A stretch of 64,000 bases of DNA from an uncultured bacterium (GCA_903851135.1 CAINNK010000012.1:4282-68281), one strand, 5' to 3'; shown: positions 10,935 to 20,950, counted from the stretch's first letter. A program made the numbers and translations. Notes: generated by a model from the sequence alone, not told the origin.

Positions 10935-10963
10935 TTGACACAGGTGGGAAAGGTTGCTAAGCT
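10935..10963 (+). promoter_or_regulatory. sigma70-like promoter TTGACA-17-TAAGCT with long downstream leader towards the DHH gene
   Basis: TTGACA 10935-10940, 17-nt spacer, TAAGCT 10958-10963; the same -10 variant recurs at 25507 and 26970. Confidence 0.4.
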
Positions 10964-11223
10964 AAAGAACTTTGGAAAGAGAAGGGGTCATACGCAATAT
11001 AGGGTTTTAGAAACTAAATTAGAAATTTTCATCTCGCTTGTTTACTTTTTAGGACACGCTCTTGGCCAGGATCTATAGCCAATCGCTCGCAGTTCGCTGT
11101 TGCTCGCAGTGGTCTAAAAAGCAAACAAGCTCATAAAAATTAGAATCACGAATTGCATTTGACCCAAGAGAAACATATACAATACCTTATACATTATACA
11201 AGATACCTTATACTATTTTTCAT

Positions 11224-12372
11224 ATGATTCTTGAGCCTAACCAACAATTTAAAAACGTTATTGATAGCGCAAAAAATGTGCTGATTTTCACGCCGCAAAA
11301 TGCGGGTGGGGATGCGTTGGGGGCTGCCTGGGCAACCTATTTTTTTCTCAAGAAAAAAAATATCGAAGCTACAATTGTGGTTGCCAACGAAAATCCACAT
11401 CTTGAACGTTTTGCTTTTTTAAGCAAACCAGAAAATATTATTGAAAGTTTGGCTGGCGCCAGAGATTTTGTGCTTTCTTTCAATACGAAATACAACAAAA
11501 TTACCAACGTGAAAACGGAGCGGGTCGAGGATGAGCTGCGAATTTTTATCACGCCAGAAAAAGGCTCAATTGATCCGCGAGATTTTTCTTTCATTCCGGC
11601 CAAGTTCAAATATGACCTCGTGATTGCGGTTGGCTGCGCCGACAAGGAATCCATTGGCAAGGTTTATGAAGAAAATCCGGATATTTTTTATGAGGTGCCA
11701 GTGGTCAATATTGATCAGCACACAGAAAATGATCAATTCGGCCAGATTAACGTGGTGGACATCAAGGCTTCTTGCACTTGCGAAATTTTGGCAGAAACTC
11801 TTTTGAGAATTGAAGAAAAAAACGTGGACGAAAACATCGCGGAGTGTTTGTTGACGGGACTTATTGATGAAACTAACAGCTTTCAAAATAAAAACACCAC
11901 GCCAAGGTCTTTGCAAATTGCGGCCGCTTTAATGACTAAGGGTGCCAAGCAGCAAAAAATTATTCGCTTTCTCTTTAAAACTCAACCTCTTCATTTACTC
12001 AAACTTTGGGGTCGGGTGATGGCGCGTCTGCAATGGGAAAGTGATTTGGAATTGGTTTGGGCGCCGGTTTTTCTGGAAGATTTTGTGCAAAGTCGCAGTA
12101 ATCCAAATGATGTGCCTTTTATTTTGGAAAAAATCAAAGAAAACTATTCGGCCGGAAAATTTTTCATGGTGCTTTATAGTGAAAACATTGGACAAGTTCA
12201 TGGCGTGATCAAGGGTGGCAATGATGAACAAATCAAGGCAGTGGCACAGCTTGTGGAGGGAAAATGTTTGGGCGATACTTGCGAATTCACTTTAAATTCA
12301 GATGACACTAACCAGGCCGGTATTTCTGTGGTGGAAAAAATCCGCAACTTGCTTGGAAGCAGAACAGAATAA
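11224..12372 (+). CDS. DHH-family phosphoesterase (NrnA/oligoribonuclease-pAp phosphatase-like)
   Basis: N-terminal DHH-like domain (NIDQHTEND, aspartate-rich motifs), C-terminal DHHA1-like region with GVIKGGND; TATACT box 8 nt before ATG. Confidence 0.55.
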   Translation: MILEPNQQFKNVIDSAKNVLIFTPQNAGGDALGAAWATYFFLKKKNIEATIVVANENPHLERFAFLSKPENIIESLAGARDFVLSFNTKYNKITNVKTERVEDELRIFITPEKGSIDPRDFSFIPAKFKYDLVIAVGCADKESIGKVYEENPDIFYEVPVVNIDQHTENDQFGQINVVDIKASCTCEILAETLLRIEEKNVDENIAECLLTGLIDETNSFQNKNTTPRSLQIAAALMTKGAKQQKIIRFLFKTQPLHLLKLWGRVMARLQWESDLELVWAPVFLEDFVQSRSNPNDVPFILEKIKENYSAGKFFMVLYSENIGQVHGVIKGGNDEQIKAVAQLVEGKCLGDTCEFTLNSDDTNQAGISVVEKIRNLLGSRTE

Positions 12373-12393
12373 ACTTTTTTTGGATATAAAAAG

Positions 12394-12428
12394 AACCCCG
12401 TCGTTATTCCGGCGGGGTTTTTGTTTGA
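12394..12428 (+). terminator. rho-independent terminator after DHH gene
   Basis: AACCCCGTCGTTATTCCGGCGGGGTT stem-loop followed by TTTGTTTG. Confidence 0.7.
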
Positions 12429-12886
12429 TAGGAGTTTTGGGCGACATGTTTGGGGAATTCTTTTTCCCATGCTTCGAGCGTGGAATGTAGCCAACTAATC
12501 AACCAGTTAATCATTGCATCATTAATTATTTCATAGCTGAAACTTTCATAAACGCTCTTGTACTCATAAAAATCCTTAAAGCATCCAGGAAAAGATATGC
12601 GAATGGAGAATTCAATTTTTTCGGACTCGAAAAGTAGTATTAGGCGGATACTGTTGTTTGTATTGATATCTAAAAAATCAAAAAAGAATTCTTCGCTTTC
12701 AAGTTTGCCTTTCAAACGCTCGATAAAATCGCCAATAATCCGAAATCGATGATATCCTCCCCAGTAAGTTAAGAAATGAGGTATGGAAGCCTCATACCAA
12801 CAATTTGAATCGAAGTCGCAAAGAGAGCCTCCTGTTGGTGGCTCTGCAATACAGACCGCAACTTTTGTTTGAATTTTAGTGCGCAT
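12404..12886 (-). CDS. hypothetical protein
   Basis: ORF with strong RBS AGGAGAG before ATG at 12886; no motif recognised. Confidence 0.45.
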   Translation of the reverse strand: MRTKIQTKVAVCIAEPPTGGSLCDFDSNCWYEASIPHFLTYWGGYHRFRIIGDFIERLKGKLESEEFFFDFLDINTNNSIRLILLFESEKIEFSIRISFPGCFKDFYEYKSVYESFSYEIINDAMINWLISWLHSTLEAWEKEFPKHVAQNSYQTKTPPE

Positions 12887-12931
12887 AGCCTTCTCTCCTT
12901 TTAATTTCACAATTGATTTGAAACTCCGTCG

Positions 12932-13450
12932 TCACTGCGACGTGTTTTTTGTTGTGTTCTCGTCGTATTTAATGATTTTTAATTCTGTAATTTTAATTGC
13001 AAGGCTACAATCTCCAGTTGCAAGATTAAGCATTGAGATGTTTAATTTTTCTCCTGCAGTCTTGGCATCAGATGAAGATACTACAAATGTGCCAAGCACA
13101 TTTTTTGTTTCAAGGTCTTTTTCCTTATCAAAGAAATTTTCTAAATATTTATCAAGAAGCCCTTCTGTTACTACCTTGGCCTTCGTTTGGATCATTCCCC
13201 CGCCTAAGTTTCCTTGCACATCAGAAATAGTAAATAGTACTAACTGGGTTAATTGGTATTTTATTATTAATTCCCCATTGGGAAAATATTTTGGTTGAAG
13301 CGCATATGTCGTCCTTGATTTTAAAGATAGAACTTCAATTTGGTGCGAGTATCTTCTTTTTTGATAAATCAATAAAGCGAGGGCTGCAATCAATAATAAA
13401 ATAATTAATGCCATAAAAAAGCATGCTGGTAATAGAGTCATTTGGTTCAT
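12932..13450 (-). CDS. hypothetical membrane-anchored protein (single N-terminal TM)
   Basis: RBS GGAGAAGGAG before ATG 13450; N-terminal LLPACFFMALIILLLIAALALLIY hydrophobic helix. Confidence 0.45.
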   Translation of the reverse strand: MNQMTLLPACFFMALIILLLIAALALLIYQKRRYSHQIEVLSLKSRTTYALQPKYFPNGELIIKYQLTQLVLFTISDVQGNLGGGMIQTKAKVVTEGLLDKYLENFFDKEKDLETKNVLGTFVVSSSDAKTAGEKLNISMLNLATGDCSLAIKITELKIIKYDENTTKNTSQ

Positions 13451-13679
13451 CTCCTTCTCCGTTTGATTATTAAATTTTCAAAACAACTATAACAACACAG
13501 GATAGGCTAAAAAGAGATAGTATTCAATGTAAGTCGACGATTTTTAAATGCTGAAAATAAAAAAGGCTTGGATATTGACAAAATAGGTGGTTTCGTGTTA
13601 ATTTTGCGTAGTCGGAAGATGACGACTAAAGGTGAGTAGAAAGTTGAAAGTTTAAAGGTTACAAAGAAAAATATAAAAA

Positions 13680-13766
13680 TGTCATCCTGAACTTGTTTCA
13701 GGATCTTCGTTGCAGAAAAGCTGGTGATTTTAATTAAGTAGATGCTGAAACAAGTTCAGCATGACA
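13680..13766. repeat. GTCATYC...GRATGAC inverted-repeat element, copy 1 (upstream of TrmB paralog)
   Basis: Left arm TGTCATCCTGAACTTGTTTCAGGATC, right arm GATGCTGAAACAAGTTCAGCATGACA; each arm carries its own CTGAA..TTCAG hairpin with compensatory G/C changes. Confidence 0.6.
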
Positions 13767-13779
13767 GAAAATTAATTAT

Positions 13780-14532
13780 ATGCGAACGGAAAAATTTTTG
13801 GAGGAAATTGGAATTGAAGGCAAGAAAGCGGAAATTTATCTGGCTTGTTTGGAGTTGGGCGGAGCCACGGCCTATTTGATTGCCAAAAAAGCTGGGATCA
13901 AAAGACCGACGGCCTATGATATCATCAACCAATTGCTTAGTGAGGGCTTGGTTCACAAGTCAATCAAGAGTGGGGCGACCCATTTTTCGCCGACTGATCC
14001 GCAGGTGCTTATCAACAAAACCAAGGAGCGAATGGCAAAAATTGAAAAAGTGATGCCGTTGCTGCAAAATTTGTACAATTCTCCCAAAACCAAACCTTTC
14101 ATTCAATATTTTGAAGGGCGTGAAGGAATTCGCGAAATGTATGAAGACAGTTTGCGGTCACTCAAGAAAGGCGAAGAAATTTTGGGTTATGTGGGCGAAG
14201 GAATCACGCAGCACTTACCAGAGTATACCCAGGATTATGTCCAAAGAAGAACTGAAAAGGGCATTGTTTTTCGGGGAATTTACAAAGCTGCGCCAGAAAT
14301 TGTGGCCTATATGCGGAAAAATAAAGAGCAACTCAGGGTTGGCAGAATTCTGAGTGAAAAAGCTTTTCCAGTTTCCAATGAAATTAATATTTACAAAAAC
14401 AAAATGGCCATTGCCAGTTATGGCCGCGAAATGTTTGGAATGTTGATTGAATCAGAAGAAATAGTGCGCACTCAAAAAGCCATTTTTGAATTGGCTTGGC
14501 GCGGAGCCGAGGGGTTGGAAATCACAGGCTAG
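13780..14532 (+). CDS. TrmB-like winged-HTH transcriptional regulator (paralog)
   Basis: N-terminal HTH EIYLACLELGGATAYLIAKKAGIKRPTAYDIINQLLSEGLV; C-terminal FEGREGIREMYED region shared with paralogs at 21696 and 37380. Confidence 0.7.
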   Translation: MRTEKFLEEIGIEGKKAEIYLACLELGGATAYLIAKKAGIKRPTAYDIINQLLSEGLVHKSIKSGATHFSPTDPQVLINKTKERMAKIEKVMPLLQNLYNSPKTKPFIQYFEGREGIREMYEDSLRSLKKGEEILGYVGEGITQHLPEYTQDYVQRRTEKGIVFRGIYKAAPEIVAYMRKNKEQLRVGRILSEKAFPVSNEINIYKNKMAIASYGREMFGMLIESEEIVRTQKAIFELAWRGAEGLEITG

Positions 14533-14535
14533 TTC

Positions 14536-14575
14536 CCGAAGGCTAAACCTTCGGTGCTCCGAAGGTTTAGCCTTC
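14536..14575 (+). terminator. perfect 17-bp inverted repeat hairpin after TrmB paralog
   Basis: GAAGGCTAAACCTTCGG tgct CCGAAGGTTTAGCCTTC; no clear T-run. Confidence 0.45.
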
Positions 14576-14782
14576 TTGAAATCAAACATTGCAAATTGAG
14601 TCATATGCGTATAATTGCAATGTTATAATGAAAATAAAAAAATTATTTTATTTAAATGTTCGTATGTTTATATGCTTGAATGATTGAATGTTTTTTTGCA
14701 CAATTGGTGCGCTTAAGGTAGAATAATGATATAGAAAAAAAATTCTTTACTCACTGTAAAAACAAAAATACATATTTAGTCT

Positions 14783-17700
14783 ATGGTTAAAATTATCAAT
14801 CAAAATAATCCTGCCAATCCTTCCGTTCAAATCGCAGCAGACAAACTGTTGCAGAAAATGCGAGGACAATCAGAAGAAGAGCAGGCAGCTTTGCTGGCCA
14901 ATGCTTATGGTTTGCCATATGTTGATTTGAACATTTTCCCAGTCAGTTCTGAAAAAATCAGAACCATCAGTGAAGAAGATTCTCGGCAATACAAAATGGC
15001 GGTGTTTCAAAAAGTTGGAAAGGAAACCAGGATCGGTGTGCTCGACCCGTCTAGCGAGGGCATGCTTTTGCATCTCGAAAAACTAAAGAAAGAAAATGGC
15101 TGGATGATAATCCTGTATGTCATCTCGCAATCATCGCTGGAAAAAATTTGGAAGAGATATCAAGAAGTTCCTTTGCTTGAAAACCTTGAAGCGATGCAAA
15201 TTTCTCTGAGCGGTGAAGACCTGGAACGATTTGATGAGGAATTTGGCAGCATGCTGGATTTGAAAAAACGCATCAAGGAAATTCCAACCACCCAGATAAT
15301 TTCCATTATCATGGCTGGCGCTGTCAAAATGAAAGCCAGTGACATTCACTTTGAACCTCAAGAAAAAGAAGTGCGGATGCGTTTTCGTGTGGATGGTATT
15401 TTGCAAAATATCGGAGATTTTCCAGCAGATGTTTATCATTTTATTCTCTCCAGAATCAAAATGATGGGCAAGATGAAAATCAACATCAAGGACATTGCTC
15501 AAGACGGTCATTTTTCAATTGACATGACGGATGGCAAAATCAATGTGCGTACCAGCATCATTCCCGGTAATCACGGAGAATCAGTAGTAATGAGGCTTTT
15601 GAGTCAAGCTGACACCCTTTTGTCTGTTGAAGATTTGGGCTTGCGAGGATTGGCCTATGAAAATGTGCAAAAAGAAATTACCAAGCCCCATGGCATGATT
15701 TTAACAACCGGACCAACCGGTAGCGGGAAAACTACCACCTTGTATGCTTTGGTAAACAAACTTAATACGCAAGGGGTCAAAATAATCACCATCGAAGATC
15801 CGATTGAATATGAAATTAAAAACATTTCCCAAACTCAAGTTGCCAAAGATCGTAACTATACTTTTGCGGAAGGGCTTCGCGCGATTGTGCGTCAAGATCC
15901 GGACGTTATTTTAGTGGGAGAAATTCGAGATGAAGAAACTTCTGACATTTCAATTAATGCAGCGCTTACTGGCCATTTGGTGCTTTCAACACTCCACACC
16001 AATAATGCGCCAGCTTCGATTCCGCGTTTTATTGAGTTGGGAGTTAAACCGAATTTGATCGCGCCTTCTGTTAATGCTTTTATCGCTCAGCGCTTAGTGC
16101 GAAAGCTTTGCCCGCATTGCAAAGAAAGCTATGAGCCAGCCAAGGAAACAATTGATTCCATGAAAAAAATTCTTTCGATTATTTCGCCGAAAGCCAAAAT
16201 CGAAATTCCCAAAGAGGTTAAATCGCTATATCGTCCAGTTGGTTGTGACAAATGTCACGGGCTTGGTTTCAAAGGACGAATTGGAATTTTCGAAGTTCTG
16301 ACAATCAGTGAAAGTGTGGAAAAATTGATTCTTGAAATGGGCAGCGAAAGAGAAATAACTCAAGCAGCGCTGGAAGATGGCATGATAACCATGGCGCAAG
16401 ACGGAATTCTCAAGGCGATTGAGGGCGTAACTTCAATGGAAGAAGTTTGGCGTGCCACTGGGCAAACTGATTTTCTGGAAGACATCTATGCCAAGCTCAT
16501 GGAGTCTTCACTTTCACGCTCGATTGAAGTGACCAAAGATGATTTGGATTTCGTTTTTGAAAACATGACGTCCATTGACTCACTTGGGGGCATGATTAAG
16601 GAGGCTAATCAAAAAAGTATAGCCAAATATTTATTTGCCAGTAGTTTGCTTTTAGATGTTGGTGATATTCACATTGAACCAGAAGAGCATGATGTTAAAA
16701 TTCGTTTTCGAATTGATGGAATTTTGCAAACAGTTGCCATGGTTCCCTTAAATGAATACCCAAGCATTCTGGGCGAAATAAAATTTTTGAGCGGCTTTGC
16801 CAGTGAAGTCCGCGGCGGAGTGATTGATGGTCGTTTCATGATTTCACTTGAAGAGCCTTTTAAAAATATTTCTGAAACTAAAATTGACGTGCGCGTTTCG
16901 ATTATTCTGGGTGGCTACGGCGAAACAGTTGTAATGCGAATTTTGAACAAGTCTTCCATCACGCTTGATATTGAAAAATTGGGCATTCGCCAGCAAAATT
17001 TGGAAAAAATTCTAAGAGAATCGAAAAAACCGCATGGTGTGTTCCTCAACACTGGTCCAACCGGCAGCGGAAAAACCACAACCTTGTACAGTCTTTTGAA
17101 AGTGCTTAACAAATCAGAAGTGAAAATTATCACCGTTGAAGATCCGATTGAATATCAATTGGAAGGGATTTTGCAAACTCCTGTTAATGACAAAGAAGGG
17201 TATACTTTTGCTACTGCCTTGAGAGCTTTGTTGCGTCAAAACCCTGACATTATGATGATTGGTGAAATTCGCGATGAAGAAACTGCCAACATCGCCGTGC
17301 AAGCGGCTCTGACTGGCCACTCAATCCTTTCAACTTTGCACACCAACGATGCAGCTGGCTCAATTGCGCGTTTGGCCAACATGGGCGTGCGTGGTGATGA
17401 CATGGCTACTGCTATCAATGCCTTGATGGCCCAGCGTCTGGTTAGAAAACTTTGTGATTGTCGAGAAAAACGCCAGGCTTCGCCTGAAGAAAAAAACAAA
17501 ATTGAAAAAATTCTCGCCAGTGTTTCTGCCAAGTCTGGTGTGACCATTCCTACTGCTGATTTTGTTTTCCAGCCAAAGGGCTGCGAGAAATGCAAGGGCC
17601 TTGGCTACAAAGGACGCACCACGATTAGCGAAGTTTTGGTGGTTGACCGCGAAATCGAAGAGCTTATCAATCAAGGTGCATCTTCTTCTCAACTTCAAGA

Positions 17701-17800
17701 CAAAGCCATTGAAAACGGAATGATCACCATGGAGCAAGACGGAATGGTTAAAGTGTTGGAAGGCGAAACAACATTGGACGAAGTGGAGAGAGTGGTGTAG
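14783..17800 (+). CDS. tandem-fused GspE/PilB-type secretion ATPase (two complete ATPase modules in one 1005-aa protein)
   Basis: GspE N-domain then two copies of the ATPase core: Walker A TGPTGSGKTTTLYA / TGPTGSGKTTTLYS, Asp-box DPDVILVGEIRD / NPDIMMIGEIRD, His-box TGHLVLSTLHTN / TGHSILSTLHTN, and two tetracysteine Zn-fingers (CPHC..CDKC and CDC..CEKC). Confidence 0.9.
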   Translation: MVKIINQNNPANPSVQIAADKLLQKMRGQSEEEQAALLANAYGLPYVDLNIFPVSSEKIRTISEEDSRQYKMAVFQKVGKETRIGVLDPSSEGMLLHLEKLKKENGWMIILYVISQSSLEKIWKRYQEVPLLENLEAMQISLSGEDLERFDEEFGSMLDLKKRIKEIPTTQIISIIMAGAVKMKASDIHFEPQEKEVRMRFRVDGILQNIGDFPADVYHFILSRIKMMGKMKINIKDIAQDGHFSIDMTDGKINVRTSIIPGNHGESVVMRLLSQADTLLSVEDLGLRGLAYENVQKEITKPHGMILTTGPTGSGKTTTLYALVNKLNTQGVKIITIEDPIEYEIKNISQTQVAKDRNYTFAEGLRAIVRQDPDVILVGEIRDEETSDISINAALTGHLVLSTLHTNNAPASIPRFIELGVKPNLIAPSVNAFIAQRLVRKLCPHCKESYEPAKETIDSMKKILSIISPKAKIEIPKEVKSLYRPVGCDKCHGLGFKGRIGIFEVLTISESVEKLILEMGSEREITQAALEDGMITMAQDGILKAIEGVTSMEEVWRATGQTDFLEDIYAKLMESSLSRSIEVTKDDLDFVFENMTSIDSLGGMIKEANQKSIAKYLFASSLLLDVGDIHIEPEEHDVKIRFRIDGILQTVAMVPLNEYPSILGEIKFLSGFASEVRGGVIDGRFMISLEEPFKNISETKIDVRVSIILGGYGETVVMRILNKSSITLDIEKLGIRQQNLEKILRESKKPHGVFLNTGPTGSGKTTTLYSLLKVLNKSEVKIITVEDPIEYQLEGILQTPVNDKEGYTFATALRALLRQNPDIMMIGEIRDEETANIAVQAALTGHSILSTLHTNDAAGSIARLANMGVRGDDMATAINALMAQRLVRKLCDCREKRQASPEEKNKIEKILASVSAKSGVTIPTADFVFQPKGCEKCKGLGYKGRTTISEVLVVDREIEELINQGASSSQLQDKAIENGMITMEQDGMVKVLEGETTLDEVERVV

Positions 17801-17804
17801 GGTA

Positions 17805-17945
17805 GCTTGTTAGGCATTAGCTTTTTAGCTTTTAGAAAAATACATAAATTAGCTTGTAGTCCCAGTGGCATTTGCCACGGGATAAACTTCGTTAGCTTTT
17901 AGGAAATACACAAACTAACTTTTAGTTTTTAGAAAAATAAAAAAA
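17805..17945. repeat. degenerate tandem direct repeats (TTAGCTTTTAG-AAAAATACA units) with embedded hairpin
   Basis: two to three copies of a roughly 40-nt unit (gcattagctttttagcttttagaaaaatacataaattagcttgtag / cgttagcttttaggaaatacacaaactaacttttagtttttagaaaaat); CCCAGTGGCATTTGCCACGGG hairpin between them. Confidence 0.55.
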
Positions 17946-17993
17946 GTTCACGGTTGTTAGTTTATAGTTCACAGTTGAAGTTAGAAAATAGAA

Positions 17994-18028
17994 AACAAAA
18001 AAACAGAACTTTCAAAAGTTCTGTTTTT
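17994..18028. terminator. bidirectional rho-independent terminator
   Basis: A-run, ACAGAACTTTCAAAAGTTCTGT palindrome, T-run; sits between convergent pilB-like gene and 18047 gene. Confidence 0.7.
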
Positions 18029-18046
18029 TTGATTATTTTTTTGGGA

Positions 18047-18595
18047 TTATTGTTTTTCGACAGGGACTTTTTCTCTGTCGTCTGGCAAAACAGTTTCCCT
18101 GCAAGCAACCATCAGCGCAAATTGATTAAAGAAAAGATGTTCTTTTTCAAGAAAATCCTTAAGAGTGTTTTCTGTTTCTGGAGCTAGATTTTCTCCAACT
18201 TGGTTCTTGATTTTTAACACATCTTTGACAGCTTTTTCAAACTCAGCGTGCCACAAAGATTGGTCCTCCTGCCAAGTTTCATCGCTGGCTTTTTCAAAAT
18301 CTTGATTAAATGCAACCGTGCAATCAGTAAAACATTTGGCAGTTTCAATTATACTATCCTTGAAATGCTCAATGTTTTTTGTGTATTCAGTTGGGCTTAA
18401 AAGGTTTTTTAATGAATCAAAATAATCCATCAAAACAAAATAATAATTGGAAAGTTCTTCAAACTTTTTCACATTATTTCTCAAACTTTTTTCTACTCCT
18501 TGATATTTTTCCAGCCTCTCTCCTTCTGAAAGTTCAAATGGGTGCAGTTTAGAAATTTCAATCCCTACATTTTCAAAGTGAAATTGTTCTGACAT
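18047..18595 (-). CDS. hypothetical protein
   Basis: 182-aa ORF, acidic/helical; no motif. Confidence 0.45.
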   Translation of the reverse strand: MSEQFHFENVGIEISKLHPFELSEGERLEKYQGVEKSLRNNVKKFEELSNYYFVLMDYFDSLKNLLSPTEYTKNIEHFKDSIIETAKCFTDCTVAFNQDFEKASDETWQEDQSLWHAEFEKAVKDVLKIKNQVGENLAPETENTLKDFLEKEHLFFNQFALMVACRETVLPDDREKVPVEKQ

Positions 18596-18816
18596 ATTTT
18601 TTTAATTAAGAAATATTCTTACTTTTTTATATCTACATTATATCTATATTTTTAAAATAAAAAAAGAGGCAAGATATATCCAATGTCTCGCTAATCTTTA
18701 AAGCTAATTTTAAAAAATATCCAGCAGGTCTTTAAAATTATTGTTTAAAATTTTTTACTCGCACAACCCATGAGAAGTAATGAGATAAAATTCTTATAAG
18801 TTTTGTTGGAAAAAAA

Positions 18817-19653
18817 TTAATCAATCAATTCGAGTGCTAATTTACTTAGTTGTTGTCTTCGATTCTTCATTTTGTCTGCGTAGTTATTTTTTTCTGTTTC
18901 ATTCTCTAGTTCTTGGCCCCATGAAACACTAAGAATGCTGGATTTATCAGAGGGATCAAAAACTCCAGAAGAGTCGCTCGAAAAAATATCAACATTAACG
19001 CAAGCAAGCTGAGGTGATTTTATTTCTGTTAGAATTTTGAAAAATTTTGATGTTTTTGGTCTGTACATATAACTAAACCATTCTCCGTAGACTTCACTTG
19101 ATGGACAAGCTTCCTTTATTAATCTGCAGGCTAGCAGTAAGGAATCTCCTTCATTGCAAAATTCATCTATTACACATATTTTTTTGTCGTTCAATTTCAT
19201 GCCAAAGATTTCCAATAGTTGACTTCTTTCGCTTTTGGTAATCTGGCTAAATTGTTCGGGATTAATTTCTGACAGTGGTGTGGCAAGCTGAGTTACTGTT
19301 TTTTCTCTACCAATGTTTAAAAAACTGAAACCAGGTTTAATGTTATTGGACGTGGTGGCATCCCAAATTTTAGATATGAAATACCCAAGTAACCTAGCAC
19401 TCTTATCTAAAAAAATAACCTCCTCAATTGATTCTTCTCTTAATTTGTCAACCACCTTTTTTGCTCGTAGCAATACATTATGACGGTCATTTTCACCTCT
19501 GAATGTTTGGTCGTATTGAATATTTTCTAGGGATCTTTTTTCTTGCATAATCCTTTCCAGTTCTTTGTTATCTGGAGCAATATTTTTTGTACATTCCTCC
19601 TCATGTGCAGTCTTTTTTTTGTAGTTTTCTTGATTTGTTGACATTGTTTCCAT
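18817..19653 (-). CDS. hypothetical protein with PRTase-like motif
   Basis: KICVIDEFCNEGDSLLLACRLI resembles the type I phosphoribosyltransferase PRPP-binding loop; promoter region carries ATGACA-N12-TGTCAT palindrome directly upstream of a TATAAT box (19705-19735). Confidence 0.45.
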   Translation of the reverse strand: METMSTNQENYKKKTAHEEECTKNIAPDNKELERIMQEKRSLENIQYDQTFRGENDRHNVLLRAKKVVDKLREESIEEVIFLDKSARLLGYFISKIWDATTSNNIKPGFSFLNIGREKTVTQLATPLSEINPEQFSQITKSERSQLLEIFGMKLNDKKICVIDEFCNEGDSLLLACRLIKEACPSSEVYGEWFSYMYRPKTSKFFKILTEIKSPQLACVNVDIFSSDSSGVFDPSDKSSILSVSWGQELENETEKNNYADKMKNRRQQLSKLALELID

Positions 19654-19751
19654 ATCATTAGGTCTTTATTTATTATCTAAATTTTTTAGCATTGGACTAG
19701 TGAATACTTATATTATATGACACATTATTAATAATGTCATTTCATAAAAAA

Positions 19752-19786
19752 GAGGTGAGACATATCTAATGTCTCACCTCTAACCA
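19752..19786 (-). terminator. rho-independent terminator downstream of radical SAM gene (minus strand)
   Basis: GAGGTGAGACATATCTAATGTCTCACCTC with A-run on + strand (T-run on minus). Confidence 0.7.
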
Positions 19787-19796
19787 CCTTGACTGC

Positions 19797-20927
19797 TTAG
19801 ACTTTCTTGCGAAAGTTCCAGCACCTGACGGTGTCGACAAACCCCTGCTCAAGCAGATGCTCGTTGTCGAGGTTTACTGCTCGGCGACCGAGGCAAGAAT
19901 GGCACGTTTCTTGGGCGAAGTTTGCGCATTCGTTGCCGCATTTCCCACCATACTTTCGGGCGCGTATGATGCGCATCTCGGTGCTGTTCCAGCAGTCACT
20001 TAGAGATGACGTGTGCATATTGCCAAGGATCAAATCCATAGCTCCAATGCAAGGGCGAACTTCACCGTATTGCGATACATACAAGTGATGCATATATCTG
20101 TCACAAACGGTGCCGACATAGCTTTGTGAAAGTTCCCAAGCGTTGCCAAACTCTTTTGCGTCAATTTCTTGAAGCTCAAGTAGTTTGTTTTTTAGTACTT
20201 GGTCAGATGCACAAAGTTGGCAATTTGTTCCGCGACCACGCTCTAGCAAGCTATCGCAATCAAAAATGATATTATTGATTCTGCAGTAGCGCAGAATTTC
20301 AACAACATCGCTCAGATTATCAAGCATGCCATCTTCGCCAAGCATGATGCTAGTCACCAACGCCATGCGAGATTTGCGACCAAACTTTTTCAAACACTCG
20401 GCTTCATTATTGAATCTCTTGCTCATCAAAAGTTTGATCGCTTCATTGCGTTTCGCCCCATAACCCTTGCGAACAAGGTTTTCAGCGGGATTGCTTGTGA
20501 ACTGATCCTGTTTTTCAGCATCAAGCGTGTTGCCCTTGAGCATGATTTCAATGGGCAGTTCATATAATTCAGCCGCCAATTGCTCAGTTATAAATTCACC
20601 TGTTGTAAACAAGGTGACAAATATCCCAAGTTCCTGGCACTTGCGGATAATCTTCATTGTGAGGTGAAGATTTTTCCCAAGCAATGGTTCACCAGCGCCA
20701 GGAATGCCGATTGAGTCGACACCAAGCTGCTTGGCTTGATTTAAAATTGATTCGTATTGCTCGCAGGAGAGCAATTTCTCCTTTTCAAGCCTCTCACCGC
20801 CACATGCGTAACAGTAGGAACAGAAAAGGTTACAATAACCAGGAATCTCCAACCACATGGTTTGGAGCTTGCCAGTGTTTGCTCTTTCTAATCCGTGCTG
20901 AACTGATTTTGTGCTGATGTTTTTCAT
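19797..20927 (-). CDS. radical SAM enzyme with C-terminal SPASM/twitch-type Cys-rich domain (peptide/protein-modifying maturase family, anSME-like)
   Basis: CNLFCSYCYA = CxxxCxxC radical SAM cluster motif near N-terminus; C-terminal CIGAM..C..CGNECANFAQETCHSC cysteine cluster; RBS GGGAGA before ATG 20927 (MKNIS). Confidence 0.85.
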   Translation of the reverse strand: MKNISTKSVQHGLERANTGKLQTMWLEIPGYCNLFCSYCYACGGERLEKEKLLSCEQYESILNQAKQLGVDSIGIPGAGEPLLGKNLHLTMKIIRKCQELGIFVTLFTTGEFITEQLAAELYELPIEIMLKGNTLDAEKQDQFTSNPAENLVRKGYGAKRNEAIKLLMSKRFNNEAECLKKFGRKSRMALVTSIMLGEDGMLDNLSDVVEILRYCRINNIIFDCDSLLERGRGTNCQLCASDQVLKNKLLELQEIDAKEFGNAWELSQSYVGTVCDRYMHHLYVSQYGEVRPCIGAMDLILGNMHTSSLSDCWNSTEMRIIRARKYGGKCGNECANFAQETCHSCLGRRAVNLDNEHLLEQGFVDTVRCWNFRKKV

Positions 20928-20950
20928 AGTTTTCTCCCTTAATTGATTGA

